DNA of 64,000 nucleotides from Dimorphilus gyrociliatus (lineage: Eukaryota > Animalia > Annelida). Both the position numbers and the translations under genes were made by a program. The stretch lies in the NCBI GenBank assembly GCA_904063045.1, contig CAJFCJ010000006.1:496001-560000 (forward strand), written 5' to 3'. Below the pieces are notes generated by a model. That model worked only from the letters and a program-made list of their open reading frames with translations. It was not told the origin of the DNA and ran no database searches. Below are positions 49,401-62,381 of this stretch, piece after piece. Position 1 is the first letter of the stretch. Each line of letters starts with the position of its first letter.

Positions 49401-52400
49401 AGAGTTGATGCCTAAAGAGTTGATCATGTTCGATTTATTTCGTATTGTATCATAGATATAAAGATATTCCCAGGACGGCCTATTTTTATAGAGTTTTTGA
49501 AGAGGATCGCCTCACCTCGCCAGACTAATTACAACGTGTTTCATGAATAAGACAGGAAACTGTTCGAGGAGGCGCCCTTCCGTCTTTACGTCTTTGGTTT
49601 TTGTAAATCGTTGAAAGGCGACGTGCCGTTCAAGCAAACGAAATTTTTTTAGCTACCGCCTTCAAATAGTACCGCCTCAATTCTCTCTTTGCATGCTCTT
49701 CGAGCGATGACGGACTTATCGTTGGCGACATTTGCTTTGCGGTAGACTCATTTATTCTACTATTCTTTTTTATTATACAATAGACACAGTGTGAGGTCTT
49801 GGAATATTTCACACATCGTCAGGCTGACGATCGTATACAATGCTTTATTGTCCGTAATCTCCATTAAGCACAAGGTTTGAGGGTAAAAGGGAGGAGATTT
49901 CAATAAGAGGATGAAAGTATAAATATACTGAACATATATAAATGACGAATACATTTGTATTGTTTATATACAACTGAGTAAGATTCTTCTCTCGTTTAGT
50001 ACTTGTGTTTAAATGGGCAAAATTAAATATCTTATCATTTAGCTGGAAAATAGAGTAACAGTAGTAAAGTTGAGGATTGTTTCATTTCAGACATCAGTGT
50101 ATAACGTAACCTAACGTACTTTTTTTTTTTATACCAAACCCCTTTGTTTTCAGAACTAGCTGTTGTTCACAAACTCAGTGACGGTTAGAAACGGTAGTGC
50201 CCGCACGCGCTAAGCAGGTTGCGCAACGACGTCGGCTGAGATTACGTAAGAGTCAGTAAGCGGCTTTTGAAACAAACTACATGCGTTATATTCGCGATTG
50301 CGGAGCGTTAAGAAGACTGGCAGATGCGATGAGCGAAGACTGTCAAACCGCATCTTCTCGGGCTTCATTCAATCTCATCATGACGATTGCTCGTTTGTCT
50401 GTTTTAGGTGGAAGAGGAAACTGTGTAAACATCTTGTAACTATATGAGAAACCTAAATGACGCAATCCACGGCTTAACGGTGATCTAATCTAACTTCACA
50501 CGAAATCGGCGGCGTTTTGACAATGTTGCTGATGTAATGGTGATGTATTGGCTCGTACCGATCACGCAATCTTCGCTTACTCGATACGTCGACACTGTTT
50601 TCATTTTATATCTCTACCTACTGGTGCGGCACATCAAAAGGCCCCATTGATTATCGCCGAATAAAAGCAGGAAACGTTGCTGTTTGGCGTCGCGGTTCAA
50701 TATGAACTTTTTTCTGTATATCGTGCATGCATCGTGCGTATACCTCCGTGTTGTATATACACTCCGTATTCCAATTTCCGAGAAGAGCACGTGATTCGCT
50801 TCAAAACGGAAACGTTCGGTCCGAGTCACGTGATTGTGTTTTAATGACGTGAATGGTTAATTTCTTGCTCATCAATAGTTTTTTGTGGCGTCGCTCGAAC
50901 GAACTCAGCGGGGCGTCAAGACGTCTGCGTTCAGGTGAAACGTCTATTTACTCCGCTCGACGTGGCGGTCGGATCAATTTTCAATTATGACTTGTCAAGA
51001 AACATGAAGTTTGTCATTGTCGAGGTGTGTTCTCGGGTCATTGCAATCGAGATAAGGAGATGTATGTAATCGTGTTGGCATAAGTCAGACGGCACCTGTT
51101 TCTAGCACTCTCTTCGTTTCAGAAGGTTAAAGTACAGATTAATAGACCCTATCCTTTTAAACCATCAACGTGTCTCTTCGCCTACGAATACGCTCTGTCC
51201 AATATCTCAATGTATACATCATGATCCTATCTGGGTCTCATTGGTGCTAATGTTTCGATATCACGTCGTTTCCTTATCAGTGTCCTCACACACCTGCACC
51301 ATCCCGCATGTCCTTAGTATTGGTATTAAGCAAAGGGCTATATGGGAAACTTTACTAGTTCACTTATTCTCTTTAGATGAGGAAAGCTGACGTCTTTATT
51401 CATTCCTCAATGACAGTTTGATGATGACGAAGTACAGACATTGCGGTGTAAACGGCAATTGATCTGCTCAATGCAAGTTAGCAATTGTCTATACCTTATC
51501 TCTAAAATTTCGTTTGAAAGTTTCTCCCAATCGACTAATTGCATTATTTCAATGCGATTGTCGCAAATTTGAACTGATTCCTGCAAATTACTGCGTACAG
51601 TGGACTAGTCACGCTATGGACAAGAAGAAATCTGCATGCATCATTGCTTCGTTTTATTGCTTCGCGGAACTTTCGTACTCATATATTTAATTCTTTGAAA
51701 TGGTATATTATATGACCATAAGTAACATAAGCCTAAATTAAGACAAAAGCGAGACAGGTGCGAGCGTCCCACACGCAACTAACTAACATATGCCATCTGT
51801 TGACAGTCTAGTCATCAAAGTGAGGAGGTGAAGAGCTTCGTACACATTGCTGTCTGATAGCTAAGCTCATCAGCGTTAGATAAGAGAAAGACGGTTGGTC
51901 AAATAAGGCGGCTGGTAAAGTTGGCTTCCATCAACTAAAACCTTATCGGGTCAGAAGCTTCTCCTCTTAGGCAAAGTGCTTTAATTTAAGCAAGGAAATT
52001 TTCAACGTTTGTCACCTCTTATCGCGTCCGCTCGTAAATGCGTTGCGTATCTGGTTGCGCGTTTGGTAAAGGAAGTTTAAAGTTTTCTTTCCTCATATTC
52101 AGATCTAGGGACTTTCAGTGCCTAACACGGGTTCCTGTTCAGTTCAATACAGCGAACCGTAAATGTAAATGACGATCGATTTTCGTGAAGGGCAGAGATG
52201 ACTCGTTTGGATGAGAGTGTTCGGAAATGAGAGATCGATGTATAGACGAATACGAACGACTATATATTCATATTGCGTTTCGTGCTTTCCTTCCGTTTTG
52301 TCGTTTATGAACGATGTTATAGCATTTCCGAATCGTCTATATTGGTGAATTTTTATCATCAATCATACCTTATCGATTAAACGTATAAGTGAAACTATAT

Positions 52401-55036
52401 TCTTATAGACTATTAAGGTCCAACTGTTATAAAGCTGCGGTCTTTTACATGTTTGCTATATATCGCACATAGAGAATAAATATATACGTCTCTCTCTCAG
52501 CTAGACGCCTCGCCCCATCAACTACGACCACAAAGCCAACGTTGCGCGCACATTTGCATCTTATAGACGGCTTTGCGTGACTGCCGCACAATTTTTGTCA
52601 TCGACTTTTCATTGCGAAGCCATATTGAGAACTTTTTCCATCAACTGTCACGTGATCTCTCGAATCTCGTATGGCGGCTGGACATGGTGTATATAGAGAT
52701 AATTTGCCTAAATTACTGACCGTTTTACACTCCCTCAGCATCAATGATGTTCAATCAGGTCGTGAAAGCGTACAATCAGCGATAAATGAGGTAGACTATA
52801 GGCTGACCGCCACCCCAGGGAAGAGGCATTTTCTCAACTAATTCCTTGGCTGCTTTTGACATCACTAATTGTGAAGCGTTAAGAACATTTACTATTTTTT
52901 CCTAAAAATAATTTTGAAAAAAGTTGACGCAGGTGTGCCACAGATTGTTTTCTTAACTCAAGTAGGTACTGTCTATTTTACAATCGAATTACGACAGTTT
53001 CCGTCTTGATGCGCCTCAAAAACGCACACGTGCGTCTGTAATATACGTCGTTGAGTAAACGCTATAAATCCTTTTCTTTCTCCCACCCTTTTATGATTTG
53101 TCGAATACTTGACTAGAGTTGTAGCTTTGTTTTTAACCAACACATTTCCATCTCCCATGGCGTGGAACGCGGTTTGTTATTTTTTTCAATTGTATAAATA
53201 AGCCGTCAGAGATTTTGACGAGAATATAGCGCTATATGGTATTTTGTAATATGTAAATAACACAAGGTGCAGTACGTGTTATATGCATAATTTTAAGGCC
53301 TATTTACATAATTCATCAGAGAATAAGATATATGTATATACAACACTTATCTCCAGTCATCTATAACTGTAAATAATAAAAGTTCTCTAAACGGGGAAAA
53401 TGTCGACGGTCAGCATCGCAAAAAGATTGCATTAGGGGCATTAGCAAAGTGTCAGAATTACAAATTGAATGAATGGAATCAATTGACTTGCGCTCTTCAA
53501 GACTCCCGCTTCATGATAGAAAGTGTCCATTTGCTTTTATTCGATTTCTCTCCGCTTCACTGCCTTTTGTTTTAGCCGTCTGTCGACTGCTCTTTACGAA
53601 ATTGTTGGAATGAGCGAGTGATTTTTGATTTCTTATTGTTTCGTGACCGAAGCGATCTCAGCACAGATGGAGATAAGAGACAGATTTAAGAAAAATTTTG
53701 CCCTAAAGCTTGAAAATGTGACGCCAGTTACAAGGTTTTGAAAAGGATTCTAGTTACAGATTGACCATTCCTTACATCCTGGCTATAGAATTCTATCTCA
53801 GTTGATTAGCATAAGGTCAAAGGTTTGCTTCGTAGCTAGAGGCGGAATGTTGCATGTTCAAGTTGTGTTTTGTTTGCAAAACGTATATACATACGTGTGT
53901 GTATTCGGTATAGGTTTTCGAAGGGATTTAGAATGACTTATTGATGAATTGTTATGAAGACATTTAAAGAAAAGACTGGCGTGCTAAGTGGAAGTGTCAC
54001 TGCATCGTAGATCAAGAAGCAAGCCGCCTCTATACTTCGCCAAGAGCCTGACACAAGTCGCATTCAATGATAGATTTCCCATTGTTGCTTTTTATTGTAC
54101 GTTCTGCATTGAAGTCACCATTCAAGTTAAAAACTGTCTCTGCGTGTATCCGTTTCTGTCCACCATATATCATTGCATAATTACTACGTTTGCCTACTTG
54201 ATCTATAGACAACGATTTCCTGTCTCTCCTTTATACAAGCTCATATAAACTTTACGACTTTCTCTTACTTTCCTTGGGCTTTCAAGTTACTATATAAATT
54301 AAACGCCATATATACACGGTATATAATTAAGGACAAGCTTGTGTTTATATACGCAACGGAGACTGAATCTAGAAATCATTAAGTCAGGAAATGACTGTAA
54401 ATATTGACTATCTATCATTCCTTTGTACTCACCATCTTCCAATATTTACCAGCTATCAGAAAAACACAAAAGATGCACGTCATTTACAGTATGAACTTGC
54501 AGGAGGAAATTCTTATATATCGATTATGTTTTTTAAATAGGGCAAGAGGTTTAAATGGAAAAAGAATTCGAATTTACAGATGTATATAAATAAAATAATT
54601 GAAAAGCAATGACTTTCAAGGTGTCATTAATCATCGAAATGTAATAAAATCACACCTTGGTGCGAGATAATCCGGTGTGTTAGATAGCTTGCCATTGTTG
54701 TAGCGACGCCCGCTGGTGACGCCGCCAAGTTAAACGCGCTGAGTGCATACCATCTATCCTATTATATAATTATGTTCATGTATTATTGGTTAAACGCAGA
54801 AAAATAGTCATCATAAGATGGAAATGGGTAACATTAAAAAATTAATTGAGCTCAATTGAAGAAAAAACGTTAATTCCACTTCAAATGAAAGTTGTCTTAT
54901 CTCCTACTGTAATATTTTTTCTATTACCTAGTTGACGTATTATGCTCCGTGGACTATCTATATATTATATACTGTATTTGAATTAATAATGTCTATAAAT
55001 TGTATAGCGTGAGTAGAGGAATGCGACGCCCGTACT

Positions 55037-58000
55037 TGACGTCAAATTCGAGAGCGTCTCCTGGCGGTGACGTTCAGAAGAACACTCGTCCGAACAAAAA
55101 AAACGTTAAAATTGTAGCGTGACGACTCACGCTCCCTGGCGTTGACGGCGTCGAATATACATGATGGAAAAACGGCAGGTTTATAACAGACGACATATGG
55201 ACGACTTACAAACATTTGACAGTGCAAACTGCGCGTTATCTCTTCTAATCAGCCGGATCAGATAAGAGAAATGAGCGCTCTCAACATGCCTTATCAGTCT
55301 TTCACTACCAATCACTTTGAAATGTTTTCACGAAATTTTCACTAACAGTTCTTCTCCTCTCGTTATAATTTAAAGCATAATCTTTCAATCGAACATGGCC
55401 GTAAGCGTTGCCAATGCTTGGGACACGTGGAGACGCAGTGTGCGTCCGAAGATTACCTCCATTTGAATCGGTCAGCATCTGGTTTCTTATTATAGTTGCT
55501 ACTTGGGCTATAATCTAAAATTCTAAACGATTTAATGAAACGATCGTTTCTATGCGTTTCTATCTGAATGAAGAGCTCTGGGAGTAGATCATAATTTTTC
55601 ATATATAATTATCATTATTTCTATTCACAAAGAAAAACTTTGAAGACGAATGCATGTATACAGAACAACGCAAAGACATTAAAGTGTGTATAAAACACTT
55701 TTCTCTTTCCTAGCTACCCTTTGCTATAATCGTTTCAGTAATAAGAACTATAATTACACGCAATCTTTTCAATACTCGATGTCGTCTTTCTCATATTTAC
55801 ATATCTGAATTTTATCTTTTCGATATTTGAAACTATTCTTTTACAGGAAATTTAATATAAAATATATTTTCTAGAAAGTGAACTTGCGACCTGAGAGACA
55901 TTTTTCCGGATGACAGAGTGGATCCTTTAATCCCGAATGTGGGAAGTCCGTAAGTCCCGAGCGTATCTCACGTCATACTCTCGACTGTCAATAGGTTGAC
56001 GCGTGAACGCTGGTAGCTTAACTTATCACTGTATTACAGGGACACTCTCTTTCATATGCGCGCCGCGAGGGAGTGTGGGCAATTTTGACTCTATGTCATA
56101 TTTCTAATATGAAAAACGGAAGCGAGCGGTCAAGCAGACGTGCTAGGAATGCGAAAGGTGAAAGTTTGTCGTCCGAGAAACGGTCGACATGCGTTGTAAG
56201 GCCAATTATATACGTTCGCACATTATGTACACAACATTAGTCGGCCCGTTGCTTACCTGCGAAATGGCTCATTAATTCCATTCTTATCAGCCGCTGTGCC
56301 GCAATTTTTCATACAAAGCTGTAAAATATGACTAGATCGTGACTAGAGCCTTTAATTCGGAGCATCTGGAATTACTTGGCACCGTTTCTTGTTTGCATCG
56401 TCTTATCTTTACTGATCTGGCGACTGGGTGAGAATATATCAAATATATGACGAATGTATACCGTCACACATTTTATAGAACTTCAATAGGGTTGCTCTGG
56501 TAAATTTAAAAGGGAGGTGCAATTTATGTATATACACATGTATACGCATATTGTATAATCGTCTTACGCAATTTAACAAATTACGTAAAATAAAGTGACG
56601 AGCGGTGGCGATAATGGCGAAATTGATAGAATCTGACGTCAATGAAGCCTGGATTAGAGACGACGGAGACGCTCGCTAGAGCTGTTCTTGCTTCCGCCTT
56701 TGCTGCTGTCAGTGACGTCATTTCCGTCGTTCTTTTAGATTTCTGAGAGCAATTGCCGAATTGCGGTTGTAAACAGTATACGGTATCTGCGACAGAGTAC
56801 AATAAATTCTTTAATATAAGTTAAAGTAAAAAGATGTATGCTCTCTGGGTTTTCTGTGTCTGTAGAGTGCACGCGACCCTTGACGGCCGCTGAATTGTAA
56901 TTTAAAGAGCGCGAGAATATAACGGTAAATAAATTGCGGTTGGATGATGCAGCCAACTGCAAATCAATGACTCCCTGCGGCGGTGCTGTAGCAATTTCGC
57001 CCTCTTAGTCCACTCATCATGGCTTCTGCGAAATATATATATATTATTCTAATAAATATTTTTCTCTTATTTAATAATACCAATTTAAAAAATTATAAAT
57101 GACTTATCATTTCATCGTCTAATAATATCAAAGCTTTTCCATTTATTTGCAGAATTTAATTATAATGTGTAAAACTCACGTATAATACATTTCGTATATG
57201 TTGATGTTTAGAGAGCTAAACAAACAAGCTCAATTTCTTCACTTAGCTCTATACCTGAAAACAGGATGAAAAGAGACGGTTTAAAGACGGTTATAATTAC
57301 GACTAAACGAAGCTCCCCAGCAGAGAGGCAGTAGAGCGTTCCTTCGACCAAGACAGGTGTGCACGTTCAAGCCTCGGGCCCTTTCGACGTTCCCACAGTG
57401 ATAAAATTTTAAATCCATTATTGTTTCCTTCAACTGGAAATGGTATAGATGGAATTTGCTCTTACATATACCAGTATATAATAGATAATACTAAATACAT
57501 AGTCTTTGAAAGTCGTTTAAAAAATGGTGAGCGTTTAGCAGCGTCTCAGAGGAATGCACTTAACGGTTTCCGGGTGCGGCCAGATTGGGGTGATAAGGCG
57601 GTAGGCGTGAAGTTGTCATTATCCTGCACCGTGCGTCCGATGCTGTGATGTCACGCAAGATTCATCGATAACGCTCGTCCTCAGGATCTGAGTCCTTAGA
57701 GAAATTATATATTTTTAGATTTTTACATATGAATACATATAATGTATATGAGATTAAGTGTTAAAGATGCTTGAATTCAGCATATTAAACTTCTAAACTT
57801 AAAAAATTGCATAGCTAATAGAGATTTTAATGCAATAACTGATATTCACTGAGTAGACTAACGACGAACGAGCAATGGTTCACAGCGTCTCAAATGTTAT
57901 TTTGGAAACTGAGACGGCAATTTAGCGTTCTAATGCTCAGATTCGAAGCATGACAAGACGTGGTGGAGGCTTCAATACGCGTATAAATTTACAGACCGTC

Positions 58001-58838
58001 TTTGTTATAAGCAGATTGGGTGAAACGAACATTTTGGAGTTGAGCCAATTAACAAGAAAATGTGGAATGCAGGACTTTTAAATGATAAAGTTCAGAAGTG
58101 TAGAGATAGTATAGATAGATTCATTTTTATAATAACTACCTGTCGCCTAACTGATGTCAGGGGTTAAAAACGGCTACATGACCAGTGAGACGATAAAGAT
58201 GAATCGGATGCGCCTCCTACTGTCACTGTCCACCAATCCTGGTGCATCAGCACTCATCTCGCCCCGCCCACTATTCTGCTAAAATTGCCAGCAACTTTAG
58301 CATCCCTGTCCCAAGCGGTGTGGTGTGGGATACGGGTAAGGTCGTGCCAACTCTCATTTCATCTTTTCTATAAGAGCTGAAATATGACTTTGCATTTAAT
58401 AAATAACTTTTAGTACCCAGACTCCAGCACATGCATTTTCGTCAGAATATACTCGTTGACATTTTACATATATTCTGTTAAACGATCAGCTATGCAAAAC
58501 ACGCTTTTAATTTTTATAAGTAGGTCGTTGAGCAAAAAGTTGTTTGTTATTCATAGATTGTATGTGCTAGTTGATATCAGGTGCCTATCTAACAGAACTT
58601 TCTTCTTGTGACCGGATTTTGAAACTACTCCGTTATAGTTTCTTTTCTTTCTTATCTTGATAGCTAAGTTGGTTGAATAAAGCACAGAGAGATAAGACCG
58701 TGTGAAAAGCTTACCCAGAATGATAAGGTATAAAAACAAACGATGATGATTATGTAATTGCGCGATATACACAGCATTGAAGCACGCGTTAGTGTGTATG
58801 AAAGTTGACATAAACGTCGACTAGCGCCCGTGACGTCA
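55037..58838. promoter_or_regulatory. Four perfect CRE palindromes (TGACGTCA), one as an ETS-CRE composite
   Basis: TGACGTCA at 55037, 56634, 56713 and 58831. The 56713 site reads ACGGAAATGACGTCAC on the minus strand. Confidence 0.55.
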
Positions 58839-60829
58839 TCCAACTTGCACTGCTTCAAAGAGACGCCGGCGGTCGAGTGGACATTGAGGGTGGACTAATG
58901 GAACGCTCTAGACGCCAATTGGGGTTGATGAGTTAGTCAGGTAGAAACATTCGAAATTATGTTTCCGGTTCGGAGGTACTGGACGGTAAACTTTGGCACG
59001 TTCGGACCGTTAGAACTCAATACCGTTCGCTATCTGCTTCGTTTGACAAACAACCTAAATGCTTGACCGATCAGGTAAAGTTTCGGATAAACAGCTGCAG
59101 CATGCTGCGTAATAGTGCGTATCTGCTATCATATAAACATAGCGTATAGCGTGTTTGTTATGCATGTATTGCACTAGCACACTTTTCTTCTCTCTTTTCT
59201 AACAAATATACAGTAAACAAGGTGGCATGTTTTGAGAACAATTTCAAGTGGTAATTGCGAATCGATTCAATCTGAATTCTACCTTGTCATTTGTTTACGC
59301 AGCGACGCGTCTCGAGAGAGTCGACTCGTTTGTATAGTCGCTTCAACCCTTTATAATAATCGCGTCTTAATAGCGACCTAAATTGTATACGAAGAGATCA
59401 TGCCTGTAATCTTCCGTCAATGCAGAGAAGAAGATTGGCTTTGTTTGCTTTTATGCGACGGTCTTGCAGATATACTAAATCTTTTATATTCACATATTAT
59501 TAAAGACAGTGCTTTTAACAGTTATATAGTGTATCGTTTATTTATTTATGAAATTGTACATGTATACATAGCAAATGCCATATGACAGGTGCGGAATAGC
59601 ATCAACACTCACCTATGTAGTTTTAAAGCAACACAATGCCTCATATTCAAGTTTCTACCTCTATTCTGACCTGCCTCTCTAAAAATCTATATACCCCTCA
59701 ACAACTCATTTTTCCTCTTCACCTGTATTTGGGTGTTTGAGTCCGATATTGATACATAAATATTCCCACATCGAATAATTTTAATTTTGATTATTAGGAC
59801 ATAAATGTTCTTCATATTAGTTTGTTGAAAGTATATATATATATACTTATTTCTTTTGTTGTTTATGGTAAGCAAAAAGGAATCGATGTGAATTTAAGCA
59901 GGAAATGGTTTGCTTTGTGAAGCTGACTGAGTGAGACATTAAAACACGTTCGAACACAATTGATAAGTGATCGAAGTCGATTGATGTTACTAAAGACTGC
60001 TCGCGTGATGAGTTGCATTGCCAATTGCTATTGATCGCATTGATTCGTCAACTGCATTTTCCACAATCTCAGCGTCCTTTCAATTCATTTATAATAGAGT
60101 CGTTTTATATATTTGAGGGAGAGGGAGAGGGCTCGTGTCCTGCATATATAATATATATAAAAATAGATTTGAATAGATGCGTATATGGCTCTTGAATGGT
60201 GCGAGGGATATAATGCTCACCACAAAAGGTCTTGTGTAGTATGGAAATTAATAGTTACTGAATATGCACGAGATTTGTTGCGGTGCCATTAAGACTGCTA
60301 TTCGCTCTAATGTACTAAAGTATTTGAGCTTTAACTGAAGTAGAGAAAGGATATATGTTGAGCGAGCCCCCTTTATAAATATCATTTAACAAGGTAAGAT
60401 AACTTCTCTTGAACTTAATAGATATGAGTTACTATAAGCGATTCATAAAACTGTTTTCGCGAGAAACAAATACTTTTAAGCCCTCTAGAAACAGCTGTTT
60501 CAGCCTTTGCGGTGAAATTAAGGCTTTAGACATGAATTAAGATATTGCAAGAGATATATGAATATATAGGCGAAAGCGACAAAACACCTGCTGTCCCGCT
60601 ATACGAGATACGTACGGTAAAGGCATGCATGAAGCAATTAAACTCATTCAGGCACAAAGATTGGATTAAATTCTCCTCTAGACGGCTGAACGTCGTAGTA
60701 GGATTGATATAAAATTGATTTTTTTTCGAGTATAACGTATGCGTATACGCTCGTTTATACATTTACAACATATGCGCGACCTACTTGGAAGCCGTTAGAA
60801 GACGGACGAATCGCGCGTAAAGATCGGTC

Positions 60830-61154
60830 CACAGAGGGCGCGGTAGTTAGGCAGTAGCATCGCTGTAGTTGGAAGCATCTTACTGGTCAGTTGTCAGCTC
60901 TAGAACCTCCCCTTGGTATTATGTTACTAGGCAACAGCGTCATCAGCGATCTCTTATTGGCTGCCTAAGTATGATTGACGGACAAAGGCGGAGCGTGATG
61001 CGACTGTTGAGGCGTCTTTGAGTCTTCACTGTTTGCTTTCGTTCATTTGCGCAGTTTGCTTTCGGAGCTGTGTCAGATCGCTTGCATTTCGAACTAGCGC
61101 GAGTATTTCAAACTTGAATTTGTTGTCTCAGCTGCTTGTCGGACGCTTTTCAAG
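60830..61154 (+). promoter_or_regulatory. Candidate promoter and non-coding first exon of a gene continuing beyond the window
   Basis: CTCF-like CCACAGAGGGCGC (core at 60833) and a CG-rich segment ending at an AAG|GTAGGT donor (61154/61155), followed by T-rich intron-like sequence. Confidence 0.3.
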
Positions 61155-62339
61155 GTAGGTGTCTTTTGTCATCGGTTTTTGTCTGAGTTAGTTCATTACA
61201 CGTTTTTCTTAAACTGAAATTCATTCCTGTTAATTCCTTCGGTTTTATTTGACTTTTGGTTATTGGTAGTTTATGTTAAGATTAAGATAAATTAAGTATT
61301 ATTGTAAACTGTCAGCTGTTTGTACGTATTTAGCGATGCGAAGTCGATATTTTTCCATACTTTTCGACCCTGTTATGTAATGTCTTTCATATGGTCATTG
61401 TTAGGAGTAGCCTTTAACAGTTTGTACTTTGGGTCAGAAACTCATATGCCACATAGCTGCTGTTCCATTATCGCACTAGTCGTTGAGCTGGTCACTCGGC
61501 ACGCTCTCATTATCGCCCAATGTTGCCTTTGTCTTCGACAATGCTTCTTTTACAGTGGGGTTCTGCTGACACGTCGTCTGACGTAACGGATAGTGGAAAA
61601 TCCGCATATAAAATGTCTTAAAAGCCTAAAAGAAAACCCGCATAGCGGGCGAAAGGTGAAGACCTTCATTTCCATCATTGAAATCGCTACTACTCGGGTA
61701 TGAATTGAGGCATAGAATCCTCTTTATATAGTCATTCGTATTTCTGTATGAGGTTTTTAAGCTGCGAGTATTTTGTCGATATGTTGGTTAAAATATTGAA
61801 AATAGTTCCTTCTTCACTCTAAACACAAAATCATGAAACTAACCAGAAAAAAGGCTAGAATTCCATATTTCTCATATAAGCGTAAGCGTAAAGATGTTTA
61901 CATCTTTTACTTGATAAATATTATGTATATTATGTAGTGGAAAACTTGTTTATAATATAAGCTATCTATTTTCAATTGCTAATCATCTTCTATCGTTTAT
62001 GATTTTACCGAAACTTACACGTGTATATGTAGCATTCTATAAGCTTACGACGAACTTTATGTAGCATTCCCCTACAAGCAAAGATTTGTAAAAGTGTGCT
62101 TATGTAGGTATTGTGTATTTTAATACATATGGGGCCACTTAAGAAAAGTATAGTACATAATTGATGACTGGCAAGATTTCTAAATCTTCTATTTCGCCAT
62201 TCTCAAAAGAAATATATGTATTAATTCCAACAGATTTCTTCAGTCATATCGTTTGAGGATTTACATTCCCGTCTCATATACGGGATCTTGCCGATTTCTG
62301 ATACATATACACGTCGTAGTCAAACGTCAATATATAGAG

Positions 62340-62344
<5 letters not shown>

Positions 62345-62376
<32 letters not shown>
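62345..62376. repeat. (AT)16 microsatellite
   Basis: Uninterrupted AT dinucleotide run. Confidence 0.95.

Positions 62377-62381
<5 letters not shown>

Noticed and set aside
51051-51500. Exact 222-bp spacing of three GATA hexamers
   Set aside because: Mixed orientation and no flanking repeat similarity; likely coincidence.
60876-60900. miR-8/miR-200 star-arm-like CATCTTACTGG
   Set aside because: No TAATACTG mature arm follows and there is no hairpin.
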